Positions 19,139-29,031 of a stretch of DNA of 60,129 nucleotides are shown piece after piece. Origin of the DNA: Hormoscilla sp. (GTDB taxonomy: Bacteria; Cyanobacteriota; Cyanobacteriia; Cyanobacteriales; Desertifilaceae); contig JBFRWI010000111.1 of NCBI GenBank assembly GCA_051439505.1, positions 1-60,129 on the forward strand, given 5' to 3'. The notes beneath the pieces are model-generated. The model was not told where the DNA came from. It made no database searches and saw only the letters and a program-made list of their open reading frames with translations. Positions within the stretch are counted from its first letter, which is position 1. The number at the start of each line of letters is the position of its first letter. Made by a program: the position numbers and the translations under genes.

Positions 19139-19759
19139 TCAATCTCCAATGCCCATGTGACCCCGAAAACCTGTAATAATGCGGGTTCCGTCCTTGAGGA
19201 TGTGAATTTCAACTTGGTCACTTGCCCAAGTAATTTTATCTTCAAATTCCGGATTGAAAATGCGCACCTGCTGATTGCGCGAAGACACCGGCGAGTCAGG
19301 GGAATTAATCGCCTGAGATTCCACATAGGGTCCGTCAATTAAGATGTCCAACTCTGCTAATAATGCTTCCGAACCAGGGGGGGCTTTAGGCGATCGCAGT
19401 TCGGACAAAGTAAATCCCGAAAAAGACATCACATTCAGTCCCTTGGCCTTGAGTTTTTTAGCCAGTTTTGCCAACTCAGATGCTTGCCAGAAGGGTTCCC
19501 CACCAGAAAAGGTCACCCCTGTATTATTAGAATTGCTGATAATTTTCTCTGCCAGTTCGTCAATGGCAATTAACTGATTAGCTTCAAAAGACCAAGACCC
19601 AACATTGAAACATCCCGGACATGCCCGATCGCATCCTTGCACCCAGACCACCGCGCGACTGCCAGGACCATTCACTTCCGACTCGTCAACGTAACCCATA
19701 ATGTTGAGATATCCCGGGGGAATTTCTGTAGTCGATCGATCGACTGTTTGATTTATCAT
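19139..19759 (-). CDS. Radical SAM protein, NrdG-like activating enzyme family
   Basis: VNGPG.RAVVWVQGC...CPGCFN, TFSGGEP, DILIDGPY and SSRNQ. Confidence 0.9.
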   Translation of the reverse strand: MINQTVDRSTTEIPPGYLNIMGYVDESEVNGPGSRAVVWVQGCDRACPGCFNVGSWSFEANQLIAIDELAEKIISNSNNTGVTFSGGEPFWQASELAKLAKKLKAKGLNVMSFSGFTLSELRSPKAPPGSEALLAELDILIDGPYVESQAINSPDSPVSSRNQQVRIFNPEFEDKITWASDQVEIHILKDGTRIITGFRGHMGIGD

Positions 19760-19813
19760 CTTTTTCCTCCTTACTTAAGGGTCTTGGTAACGAAATATCT
19801 GTCGTCTCGCGTT

Positions 19814-20614
19814 TTAATGAGGTGGAAAACGCACGGGAATGCCAGTAGCGTTCTGAATTTCAGAGGCAAACTTCTGCAAAATATCCGCGCTGACGCACTT
19901 GAGTTGCTGCACTGCATAGGGTCGTTCCTCGGCACTGCTGTGATTTCCCCGTCCGTCTAACTGGCGTTTTAAGGGTTTGGGGCGCGTGGGAGTATTTAGT
20001 TGTATTTCTGTAGGGCGGATCTCCCGCACTCGGCGAATATATTCTGCAATATCTTCTGCATTCCAGGAAGATAGCATCATCGTTTGGATGCCCAACTCAC
20101 CGCCATATTCCGCTCTAAATTCGGAAAGTCCCTCCCAAACATCAGCAAAATTCACTCCTGTTGCCGGTCGGTCAACCCCCTGCCATCTTTTCGGCGAAAC
20201 AGCATCTATTTTCACAGATACCTTATCTGCTATTGCCAACTCCTGACGCACGGTTGGGTCTTTCAGCAAGGTCGCATTAGTCAACACTAAAGTTCGTCGT
20301 GAAGTGAGTTTTTTTATCCCCGTGATAATTTCTCCTAAATTATTAGCTAAAGTCGGTTCCCCACTGCCGCTGAGGGTAATCACATCTACATCCCAAGGGG
20401 CAAACTCTTGCAACTCTTGCATAATTTTATCCGTCGGGACGAACAGCGCCCGATCGCGCGTTATTTGTTCTATTTCCCCCAGTTGACAATAGACGCAATT
20501 AAAGGAGCAAGTAGACACCGCACCTATGGGGTCGATCCCGAGCGATCGCCCATAGCGCCAAGACTTCACCGGTCCGTATACATAAGTAAACTTCGTACTT
20601 AATGTTGCTGACAT
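19814..20614 (-). CDS. Radical SAM protein
   Basis: YGPVKSWRYGRSLGID, CSFNCVYC and SGSGEPTL. Confidence 0.9.
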   Translation of the reverse strand: MSATLSTKFTYVYGPVKSWRYGRSLGIDPIGAVSTCSFNCVYCQLGEIEQITRDRALFVPTDKIMQELQEFAPWDVDVITLSGSGEPTLANNLGEIITGIKKLTSRRTLVLTNATLLKDPTVRQELAIADKVSVKIDAVSPKRWQGVDRPATGVNFADVWEGLSEFRAEYGGELGIQTMMLSSWNAEDIAEYIRRVREIRPTEIQLNTPTRPKPLKRQLDGRGNHSSAEERPYAVQQLKCVSADILQKFASEIQNATGIPVRFPPH

Positions 20615-20706
20615 CTCTTTTTCTCTTCGCCCTACACTGTTATCATTTTCCCATTCTCTGAGTTCGCGCGACTGAAAACTTTAGATTTATTTTACAAAGT
20701 CGGGCC

Positions 20707-20959
20707 CAATACTTCTCGATTAAGCATGTTATCTGTCATTGCGAGGGGGGGGGGTACGTAGCGATTAACGGCCTGCTTTCTTGAGTTAACCCCCCCGTTA
20801 GCGCAGCGGCGCGACGCAGGAGCGCTAGCAATCCCCCCGCGACCTATGAGAGGAAAAGCGTCGGTGAGATTGCTTCGGGGGGAATCTTGGCGGCGATCTC
20901 TAAATTATCGGTTTTGGTTTCCCCCCTCGCAATGACAAGTTGTATCCCTTGAAGTATTG
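20707..20959. mobile_element. MITE with CAATACTT...AAGTATTG termini, copy 3
   Basis: Flanks AAGTCGGGCC and AAGTCGGGCA match at 9 of 10 positions; same internal palindrome as copies 1 and 2. Confidence 0.88.
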
Positions 20960-21083
20960 AAGTCGGGCACCGCCCAGTTGACGTTCGGGGTACTGGATAA
21001 GGCCCGATCGCAGGAGAGTTGTGTTATGATATATTCGTAGTCTCAAATCAGGAAACTGTAGAAGCCATATTTCAAGACAAAAT

Positions 21084-21337
21084 ATGACAGCTATAGACAT
21101 CATTAAACAGGAGTTGTTCAGGGGCATTGAAAAATTGCCCGCAACACAACTGCCAGACCAGAAGTTTTGCAATTCGTCAATGATTTGCTATCCTCTCAGA
21201 ATCAGAGTTTTTACCAGTCCCCAGCAGATGCACCGCAAAGCCGGGTTGGCGATCTGGATCCTCTATCAGAGTTCATTGGGGCGGTTGAACAGGGTTCTCT
21301 AGCTCAAAATATTGAAGCCGAAATTTATGAAACATAA
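21084..21337 (+). pseudogene. Frameshifted antitoxin-like gene
   Basis: A CCAGA-CCAGA duplication near 21153-21162 shifts the frame. The repaired frame reads ...LPEVLQFVNDLL...DPLSEFIGAVEQGSLAQNIEAEIYET and overlaps a toxin start. Confidence 0.6.
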
Positions 21338-21395
21338 ACTTTTTGTAGACACATGGGGATGGTTCGGGTTGGATAAAGTGCTCTACTCCAACCCA
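21327..21395 (+). pseudogene. N-terminal stub of a PIN/VapC toxin
   Basis: MKHKLFVDTWGW contains the first PIN acidic motif; the homology is cut off before a duplicated promoter segment. Confidence 0.55.
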
Positions 21396-21621
21396 CGATC
21401 GCAGGAAAATTGTATTATGATATGTTCGTAATCTTAAATCAGGGAACTGTATTAGCCCGATCTCAGGATAGGATATGACAGCTATAGACATGAGCAAACA
21501 AGAAGCGAAGTGAATAACTGTATCATCATTAAATAAAAATGGTATAACCTGAAGTAACATCGCCCCATTGTCCGACAAGGTGGGGGATTTGAGGGGCGAT
21601 CGCCTGCTATTCTCTCTAGGT

Positions 21622-22152
21622 TCAGTAAGCTTGCAGAACTTCCCAAGTCACGGTTTGACTACCACTGTTATCCCAATAGAAACCAGCGCGATCGTTATTA
21701 ATAAAGAAAACCGTTTCCTCTGGTTCCAGCTTAATCGTCTGATTTTGGCCGTAAGCAACAGCTTTACCGTCTTGTACTACTACTAACGCCGCTGGCGGGA
21801 TATCCGGATACTTCATTTTACCCTTGTGAGCAGCATCACCATTTCCATTCGCCGTTACGTAAGCTGCGTATATATTCCTCGAACCGTAGTTCCATTCCCC
21901 TGATGCCAAAATTTTTATTGTCAGACTCCGTTCCGATTTGTTAGTCAACTCGGGGAGATTATTTTCGGCATTGGCCCGGACAGTAAAGCTACCCCTTGGT
22001 AATTCTATCTCTAACCCTGGTTCGCCATAAGCAGCAGCATAGAAAGAGTTTGGCAAGGTTATGTCTAGGGCCCAAGCTGCGTTACTGCTGCCCCAGATAA
22101 CTAGACTAAAGGCGATCGCCGCGATCGCGATCGTCCATTGACGTAATTTCAT
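21622..22152 (-). CDS. Secreted protein, possibly with a PA-IL/LecA-like lectin fold
   Basis: Signal peptide ending AAWA; ASGEWNYG, PPAALV and FINND...YWDNSGS.TV patterns; AGGAG RBS. Confidence 0.6.
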   Translation of the reverse strand: MKLRQWTIAIAAIAFSLVIWGSSNAAWALDITLPNSFYAAAYGEPGLEIELPRGSFTVRANAENNLPELTNKSERSLTIKILASGEWNYGSRNIYAAYVTANGNGDAAHKGKMKYPDIPPAALVVVQDGKAVAYGQNQTIKLEPEETVFFINNDRAGFYWDNSGSQTVTWEVLQAY

Positions 22153-22705
22153 CTCCAGTCACTCCTATTGTCATGGCTCTCACCTTTTATTTCTATATAT
22201 CATACAATACCCACAGCAGTCAAGGAGTTTTTACCTTGTCTAAAATTGTCTTGTACTACACAATCTGAAATAAACTGTCGTGCAGTTAAATTGCATAGGC
22301 CGATCCGCCGATATCCTTATTCTCATTCCCGCATTTTGAATTTGTAATTGCTTATTACCATCCCCGTTACTATAAGTTGACATTAGCAATTAACAATTAA
22401 CAATTAGCCATTAGCCATTAGCAATATCCTCTATAATATAAACATTTAGGGCCTATATCTCCCACAGTTGCCAAAGCACGGGTTGTACTGCACTACGCGG
22501 TGGGCGAAGCATACCGTTCCGGAAAAATCGGATATTAAATCTGTCGTCTTATGTCATAACGGAACTCATCCCTAAGGAGGATGATTCACCAATTTTTAGC
22601 AGTAGCATAATTTCTCAAATCTTAGCCAGAATTAAGAAACCAGGTTTTTTATCAAAACCTGGTTTCTCGGCAGGTTTGCCTGTGGCTACTATGGCCGCAG
22701 CAAAA

Positions 22706-23170
22706 TTATCTATGCTTTGTCCCATCGGGCATAATTGTTTCCTTCAAATCAGCCCCATCGAGTTTAGCTTCTAGCAGATTAGCATCAATTAAGTCAGCAC
22801 GAAGTAGGTTAGCCTTAGTCAGGTCAGTATAACTCAGATTAGCATGAGACAAGTTGGCACCACTCAGGTCAGCACCACTCAGGTCCGCCCCACTCAGGTT
22901 GGCACCACTCAGGTCCGCACCAATCAAATCAGCACCACTCAGGTTAGCACCGCTAAGGTTGGCACCGCTGAGGTTAGCACCAATCAAGCAGGAACGAAAC
23001 AAGTTAACACCAATCAAGTTGGCACTAAACAGGTTAGCACGAAACAGATTTGCACGAAACAGGCTAGCACCAGCCAGGTTGGCACGAAACAAGTTGGCAC
23101 GAAATAGGTCGGTATCGCGAAAATTTCTTTCTCCTGCGGCATAACGTGCCAGAAGTTCATTGGCATCCAT
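22706..23170 (-). CDS. Pentapeptide repeat protein
   Basis: MDANELL.RYAAGERNF N-terminus, A(N/D)LxG repeats and MPDG C-terminus. Confidence 0.95.
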   Translation of the reverse strand: MDANELLARYAAGERNFRDTDLFRANLFRANLAGASLFRANLFRANLFSANLIGVNLFRSCLIGANLSGANLSGANLSGADLIGADLSGANLSGADLSGADLSGANLSHANLSYTDLTKANLLRADLIDANLLEAKLDGADLKETIMPDGTKHR

Positions 23171-23235
23171 ATTAACGTTTGCGGTTGTTGCAGATCTAGA
23201 TCGTCTCATTTTCTCACCCAGCGGTCTAGGATCGT

Positions 23236-24120
23236 CTATTTCAGCCAGTCCAAGATCGACTGATTGACCAGATCCGGGTATTCGTCATGGGGACAGTGAC
23301 CTGCATTAGCAATGGGTACAAACTTGACATCGTCACGGCTGTTAGCTAACTGCTGATAAATCTTAGCACCAGCAATGGGCGTCCAAGGGTCATCTTCCCC
23401 CCACAACACCAGCAATGGAACTTTCACCCGAGGTAACAACTCAGTCGGTTTGGGACCGGGAGGCGCGGTGAGAATGGAGGCAAAGACCTGCTGGGCACCC
23501 CGATCGCAGGACGGACCGTAGAGCAAATCCACCAGTTCATCGGTGACTGCCTCCCGATTGCGATAGACTTGGCGCAGGGTATTCTTGATGCGATGTTTCT
23601 GACGGATGCGGTTAAACAGGAATGGGCCCGTCACGGGAGAACTTACCAGTTTAGTAAAGCTGCCCATCACCAGTCGCAGGGGGAGATTTAGCTCATCAGG
23701 ACGATGATTCAATCCCCCAGCACAGTTAATTAGTACCGCACCAGAGGCCATTTCCGGAGTATCTGCCGCCACCATCAGACTGAGAAGAGCCCCGATCGAG
23801 TTGCCGATCCACACCGCTGGTGCTTGCACGTGGGCATTCCAGAAATCCTGAAGTAACTGGTGCCATAACTCCATGCTGTAATTCAGGGGTGGCTTAGAAG
23901 AGCCCCCGAACCCCAGTAAATCTAGGGCAAACACCCGGTAGCCACCAGCGGCCAGCACCGGAAGATTTTTCCGCCAATGGCCGATGGAGGCCCCAAAGCC
24001 ATGAAGTAGCACCAAGGGGCGTCCGGTGCCCATGACCGTATATTGAATCTGGCTACCTTGCCAGTCCCAGGTAAGTTTTAAGGGTTCGCTTGCGATCGTC
24101 AGTTCTGTCGTCACGGCCAA
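23236..24120 (-). CDS. Alpha/beta fold hydrolase
   Basis: LLHGFG, DLLGFG, GNSIG, WGEDD and GHCPHDE. Confidence 0.93.
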   Translation of the reverse strand: MAVTTELTIASEPLKLTWDWQGSQIQYTVMGTGRPLVLLHGFGASIGHWRKNLPVLAAGGYRVFALDLLGFGGSSKPPLNYSMELWHQLLQDFWNAHVQAPAVWIGNSIGALLSLMVAADTPEMASGAVLINCAGGLNHRPDELNLPLRLVMGSFTKLVSSPVTGPFLFNRIRQKHRIKNTLRQVYRNREAVTDELVDLLYGPSCDRGAQQVFASILTAPPGPKPTELLPRVKVPLLVLWGEDDPWTPIAGAKIYQQLANSRDDVKFVPIANAGHCPHDEYPDLVNQSILDWLK

Positions 24121-24148
24121 TACTGTAAAGTTTTACAAACTATTGTCA

Positions 24149-24652
24149 TTATGACAGCAACTGCTTGAGTTTCGCGAGCTTGTCGGGGCTCAGGGTAATT
24201 TTCACCTCCACCTCTTGCTGCTTATCTCGCAACAGGATAACGCGCTTGCCCACGGCGATATCAGGATCGGACAGTTCCAGCATCTGATATTTGATTTCTG
24301 GCAATGTCACCCGCACGACCAGATCCCCTTGAGACTGGGGATAGATCGTGAGGATCTGGGGGAGGCTATCCAATTCCAGCTTCCCAGGAGTCATGCTACG
24401 CTCGTCGTCTGCCCCAGGCTTTTGCCAATATAGAGTAATGCCGCGCATTTGGCAATCCGATATTACAAACTGTTCGTCAAACTGTTGGGGTTCCCAGTTT
24501 ATTTCACTGACTGCACCATTTTTGGGGAGCAGTCGCTGTTGCCAGTGGACTTTTTGGCCATTGAGACCTGCCCACCATTCTTTAATCTTCGCTAATTTAT
24601 TAGCATTTTCTGGGTTGTAGCTATTTTGCTGCCATATATGTTTTATTTCCAT
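24149..24652 (-). CDS. Hypothetical protein
   Basis: 167-aa ORF, co-oriented with and 28 bp upstream of the hydrolase gene. Confidence 0.75.
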   Translation of the reverse strand: MEIKHIWQQNSYNPENANKLAKIKEWWAGLNGQKVHWQQRLLPKNGAVSEINWEPQQFDEQFVISDCQMRGITLYWQKPGADDERSMTPGKLELDSLPQILTIYPQSQGDLVVRVTLPEIKYQMLELSDPDIAVGKRVILLRDKQQEVEVKITLSPDKLAKLKQLLS

Positions 24653-25282
24653 ATTCTCGGAACTTTTTTGGTTTCAAATACGTCTCATTGTCAAGATTAG
24701 TTGAAATTCCTGGCACCAAGCTGCTGCGCTCATTGTAACCAAAATAACTTTTTTAACAGCAGACAGTCACATATTTATTGTTCTGCGATCGCAAGAGAGG
24801 TAGATTATTCTCAGATTATAGCAAGCCGTGAATCACCCTTGAACAGAGAAAAAGGAGGGATATTAAAATTGTCGAGTTCAAGGCCCCAACAATGTTACCT
24901 CAAATTGCTCTGTTACCCGGTTCTATCTCGGAAATGCTAGCCACTGTCGCTGACACCAAAGTCCTGACTTTAGCTGACCGCTATGGCTCCCTACGCCTGC
25001 CCTGCTACCTTAGATGACTCCCTAGAGGAAGAAGACCGCAGATGCGTTAATAGACTACTGCGATCGGTACTTAGAGGAAGAGTGCGGATAGTAGATCGAA
25101 TCTCAGCAGTGACATAATAGCACAAGAGAGCGATCGGAGGATTTAGGGGGCAGCATTTTGGCTTCTATCCGGATAAAACTGATAAGGTCAGTAATATTTC
25201 TTAGATTCTCTCGCGGCTTCAAGCAGCGCGGGTTTCTCCGAATAAATAATTGCAGCTCACGCACTCCGATCGGGAGGTCAAA

Positions 25283-25453
25283 ATGCAAGTAAATCAAACT
25301 GCTGAATTGTTACAACTAGATTCAAAAAATTTGCAGGATATGGCTAAGGCTATGGGTAAACTTATGATTGTTAGTCTAGTCTGGTCCAGTACGGATCTGC
25401 TCGATAAAAATGTCCCCACTGCCGTTCGACCCGAGGCCGAAGCCGCTCAATAA
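25283..25453 (+). CDS. Small hypothetical protein (56 aa)
   Basis: GGGAGG RBS 5 nt before the ATG; followed by a hairpin and T run. Confidence 0.55.
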   Translation: MQVNQTAELLQLDSKNLQDMAKAMGKLMIVSLVWSSTDLLDKNVPTAVRPEAEAAQ

Positions 25454-25466
25454 TTTAACTCGCTAT

Positions 25467-25503
25467 GGGCGATCGCCTCTGCTTGATGGGGCGATCGCCT
25501 TTT
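25467..25503 (+). terminator. Putative intrinsic terminator whose stem is made of two HIP1 sites
   Basis: GGCGATCGCC...GGCGATCGCC followed by TTTT. Confidence 0.45.
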
Positions 25504-25871
25504 GCGGTTAATTGCAGAGGACGAAGTCGCGCAGCGGAGGGGGCCCGGAGCGTGCAGGATCGCTATTGTTAATTGCTAATATTTTACCGTATGAACCTAT
25601 ACTCTTGTAAGGATCGCTAAATGCTCCTGCCTATCTGAGGATATTCTATCAAAATCCAAATATTTGAGCAGATCGCTGCCTTCGGTCTGTTGCGAAGATG
25701 CGACTAGGGGCTAAGCTAAGTTTGTCACATCATGCGCTCTCCCACTCCCCCACTCCCCCACTCCCCCACTCTCCGACAAATGTGGGCGAAATATGTGAGT
25801 AAGGCATAGCTTTTTAAGGGGGGCTGGGGGGGGGATCCCTTACCAACTGCACGCGCTCACCACACCCGATT

Positions 25872-27260
25872 TCAGGCATCATCTGGGACCACCGGATCTT
25901 CAGCATCTGTTTCGTGGTTGACCGTTGGTTCCAGACGGTGGATGCGAATTTTGTGCAAGCGGGGTCCCGATGCTGACTCTACAGTCATTTCTAGATTATT
26001 GTAGGAGAAAGTTTCCCCCACGCTGGGAATTTTTTGCATCTGGTAACTCAAGAATCCTCCGAGAGTTTGGTATTGATCTATCACGGGCAATTCCAGATTC
26101 AACAGTTCATTAACTTCTTCGATATTCAGCTGCGCCTGCACTAAATATGTCTGTTCGTCGAGCATTTGTAGGGTTAACTCTTCGGCAGGTTCGGAGACCT
26201 CACCAATGATTTCGGCTACGATATCTGAGAGCGTGACTAACCCAGCAGTACCGCCAAATTCATCCACGACAATCACCATCTCCCTATGCGATCGCTGCAT
26301 CAGGGGTAGGAGTTCACTCAGAGGCTTTTGTTCTGAGACAAATCTGGCTGGACGAATCCAAGGTGCTATTGCTGTATCCAGAGACAACTCACCCTTAGCC
26401 AGCGGTTCGGCCAGTTTCTTGAAGTAAATAATGCCGCGAATGTCGTCTAGTGATTCTCCCATCACGGGATAGCGAGAGTGGCCGGAATTGGCAACTTCTT
26501 GCAGCAGCGTACCCAATGTGGCATCATGACTAATTGCAGTAATGCTGGTGCGGGGAACCATTACTTCTTCTGCTAATACTTCGGAAAATTCAAATACATT
26601 GTTGAGCAGTTCTCTCTCTTCTGCTTCCAACCCTGTAGTTTCAGTGGAAGTAGAAATAATCAGCTGCAACTCTTCTGGCGTTACCTGATTAGACCAGCCA
26701 CGACCGGTGTACTGAATGCCCACGAGGCGTAATAGCAGGCGAGTCGATTGATTGAGTATCCAAATGAAGGGGTTGAACAAACGCGCGATCGCGTCTAGTG
26801 GCGGTGCTAAAAACCTCGCCAGTTGTTCTGAATGTAACAGGGCCACCGACTTCGGACATAGCTCCCCCAACACTATTTGCAAATAGGCGATCGCTAAAAA
26901 CGCTACTGGCACCGCTACTGAATGGGTCAGCACTTGAGCTGTTGCCTGCGATACTGGCAGGTACCTCATCAATTGGGCGATCGCCACTGCCATCGTAGCT
27001 TCCGCAATCCAACCCAGGGCCAGACTCGATAGCGTGATGCCCAGCTGAGTGGTTGACAGCAGCCGGTCAATCCGCCGTTGCAGATTTTGCACGGTCCGCG
27101 CCGGAATATCCCCCTCTGATACCAGTTGGTTAATGCGCGATCGCCGGACCGAGACTAAAGAAAACTCTGCTGTGACAAAAAAAGCGTTAATCGCGATCAA
27201 CAGCAGCACCGACAACAATCCCATCAAAATTCTTGCATTCTTGCATTGACAACCGAGCAA
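25872..27260 (-). CDS. Hemolysin-family (CNNM-CBS-CorC) membrane protein
   Basis: NAFFVTAEFSLVSVR, QLGITL, GELCPK, VMVPR, HSRYPV, VDEFGGTAG and TLGG. The start may instead be the ATG at 27224. Confidence 0.93.
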   Translation of the reverse strand: MLGCQCKNARILMGLLSVLLLIAINAFFVTAEFSLVSVRRSRINQLVSEGDIPARTVQNLQRRIDRLLSTTQLGITLSSLALGWIAEATMAVAIAQLMRYLPVSQATAQVLTHSVAVPVAFLAIAYLQIVLGELCPKSVALLHSEQLARFLAPPLDAIARLFNPFIWILNQSTRLLLRLVGIQYTGRGWSNQVTPEELQLIISTSTETTGLEAEERELLNNVFEFSEVLAEEVMVPRTSITAISHDATLGTLLQEVANSGHSRYPVMGESLDDIRGIIYFKKLAEPLAKGELSLDTAIAPWIRPARFVSEQKPLSELLPLMQRSHREMVIVVDEFGGTAGLVTLSDIVAEIIGEVSEPAEELTLQMLDEQTYLVQAQLNIEEVNELLNLELPVIDQYQTLGGFLSYQMQKIPSVGETFSYNNLEMTVESASGPRLHKIRIHRLEPTVNHETDAEDPVVPDDA

Positions 27261-27275
27261 CCACCTCGCCAGAGG

Positions 27276-27506
27276 TTATTTGCCTGACATTTTGGCCTTG
27301 ACCTTAGCCAGGATCTCTGCCTCGGACAAAATTTTGTGGCCCATTTTGGACTTGGCCAGAGTGCTGGTAGGACTCGAATCCGGCTGAGTAATTCCTTTGA
27401 GGGCTTCGCTACCCACCTTATATCCCCCATAGAAGCTCGCTCCACCGGCTGCGCACATCAGGGATAGTAAAATGAAAGTCAGGACCACAGTTAAATTTAT
27501 TCTCAT
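27276..27506 (-). CDS. Small cyanobacterial membrane protein (hypothetical)
   Basis: N-terminal TM helix and G.EALKGITQPD..P motif; lies between the tRNA and the hemolysin gene. Confidence 0.7.
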   Translation of the reverse strand: MRINLTVVLTFILLSLMCAAGGASFYGGYKVGSEALKGITQPDSSPTSTLAKSKMGHKILSEAEILAKVKAKMSGK

Positions 27507-27662
27507 GGTGATGTTTGCAATTTTAGCTGATTTGTGCTTTAATTGTAATTAGCCTACAGTTGGAAGTCATCTTGCACCGGAGGCCCACTAGCTCCCAAGA
27601 TGGATTTTTACAAATCCCTTGCAATTAGCGTGAGAGATTTGCTAGAATCAGATCGTATGTAT

Positions 27663-27735
27663 GCGCCCTTGGCCGATTGGGGAGGCAGCGAACTCATAAT
27701 TCGCCTTCAGACTGGTTCGATTCCAGTAGGGCGCA
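27663..27735 (+). tRNA. tRNA with CAT anticodon, most likely tRNA-Ile2 (lysidine)
   Basis: Acceptor stem GCGCCCT/AGGGCGC plus discriminator A; anticodon arm GCGAA-CTCATAA-TTCGC; T arm ACTGG-TTCGATT-CCAGT. No GGG/CCC initiator anticodon stem. Confidence 0.92.
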
Positions 27736-27755
27736 CTTCACTCCCCTGATATCCC

Positions 27756-28178
27756 TTATGGTAGCGGCGGTTGCTCGAACACCACCGTCCTGCCTAGTTC
27801 TGGTGGGCCCTGCTCGAAATTATTTCCCACCGTGCCGTTGAAGGGATTTGTCAGATCCCTGATGCGAATGAGCGGGGTGCTAGAAACCTGCTGCCTGAGT
27901 ACGTCGCGGTACACCAAGTTCACTAAGTTAGCATCGCGGACGAAGTCTTTTTCCGGGAAACCACCAATACCCAAGAGGGCTTCAGCTTGTCGCCGAAGGG
28001 AACGGTTCTCAATGTAAGTGCCGGAGTTGTGGAACATGGCTCGATTGAAAGCCTGTGCTGGCGAGATGATTACAGGCTGGTTATTGGCTGATTGCCCTCT
28101 CGCGGCACCGGCGATCGTTGCGGCACCGGCAATAGCAAGCATAGATGTAGCAATCACCTTTTTGACTCTCATACCCAT
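27756..28178 (-). CDS. Secreted hypothetical cyanobacterial protein
   Basis: Signal peptide; FPE...RDA..V..Y..L.QQ...IR.RDL.NPF pattern. Confidence 0.75.
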   Translation of the reverse strand: MGMRVKKVIATSMLAIAGAATIAGAARGQSANNQPVIISPAQAFNRAMFHNSGTYIENRSLRRQAEALLGIGGFPEKDFVRDANLVNLVYRDVLRQQVSSTPLIRIRDLTNPFNGTVGNNFEQGPPELGRTVVFEQPPLP

Positions 28179-28263
28179 GAGGCTCGTCCTCTATATTTTG
28201 CTCAATCATAGCCGATCTTGGCGTACTATATCATCTACCACACCCAGCTAGAGGCGATCGGTT

Positions 28264-28887
28264 ATGACTTCTGAAATTATCTCTCCGGTAAAAAATGTAT
28301 CACTAGCTACTACAGATTTACCGAATTTGCGCAAGGTGCTGCTAGATTTATGCTGTCAGCTAGCTTATCGAGAAGGAGACTTTGTCCTCTCTTCGGGGCT
28401 GCGTAGTAATTATTACATCAATGGCAAGCAGGTAACTCTGCATCCCCTTGGGGCTTTGGCTGTTGGACGGCTGTTGCTATCCATGTTGCCAGACAATACC
28501 CAAGCTGTGGCGGGATTGACTCTGGGTGCTGACCCGATCGTCACGGCAGTCAGTGTTGTTTCTGCCTATGAGAACCACCCAATACCGGCGCTAATTGTGA
28601 GAAAAGAGGCTAAGGGACATGGCACGATGGCCTATATCGAAGGACCCCATCTGCCTGCTGGGGCAAAAGTAGTAGTATTAGAAGATGTTGTCACAACTGG
28701 ACAATCGGCGATGAAGGCCGTCTCCCGACTGCGTGAGGCAGGTTACGTTGTCGAGAATGTCATCTCTCTGGTAGACAGACAGCAGGGGGGGGCGGAACTT
28801 TATCAGTCCGCTGAGTTGCAGTTTCAGGCGGTGTTTACTATCGGTGAGATTCAGCAGCGTTGGCAGCAGTTGCGATCGCCCGGGTAA
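28264..28887 (+). CDS. pyrE: Orotate phosphoribosyltransferase
   Basis: GDFVLSSG, GLTLGADP, RKEAKGHG and the PRPP-binding VLEDVVTTG motif. Confidence 0.96.
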   Translation: MTSEIISPVKNVSLATTDLPNLRKVLLDLCCQLAYREGDFVLSSGLRSNYYINGKQVTLHPLGALAVGRLLLSMLPDNTQAVAGLTLGADPIVTAVSVVSAYENHPIPALIVRKEAKGHGTMAYIEGPHLPAGAKVVVLEDVVTTGQSAMKAVSRLREAGYVVENVISLVDRQQGGAELYQSAELQFQAVFTIGEIQQRWQQLRSPG

Positions 28888-29031
28888 GCAGTTGTCCAAG
28901 ATGAGATCTCATGGCAAGTATGATGTGCCCGCGCCAGTTTTTCTCGGTTTTCGGTCGGACAATTACCGGGAATTCCGGCGATCGGGCCTTTGTGTGCTAC
29001 ACTTGTTTGGTGATTGTATCTGGTAACTACC

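Noticed and set aside
19139..20614. RiPP cluster around the two radical SAM genes
   Set aside because: No SPASM/RRE features or adjacent precursor peptide; both look like common stand-alone cyanobacterial families.
22844..23144. Plus-strand ORFs with APLRL/QVGT repeats
   Set aside because: Antisense shadows of the pentapeptide-repeat gene.
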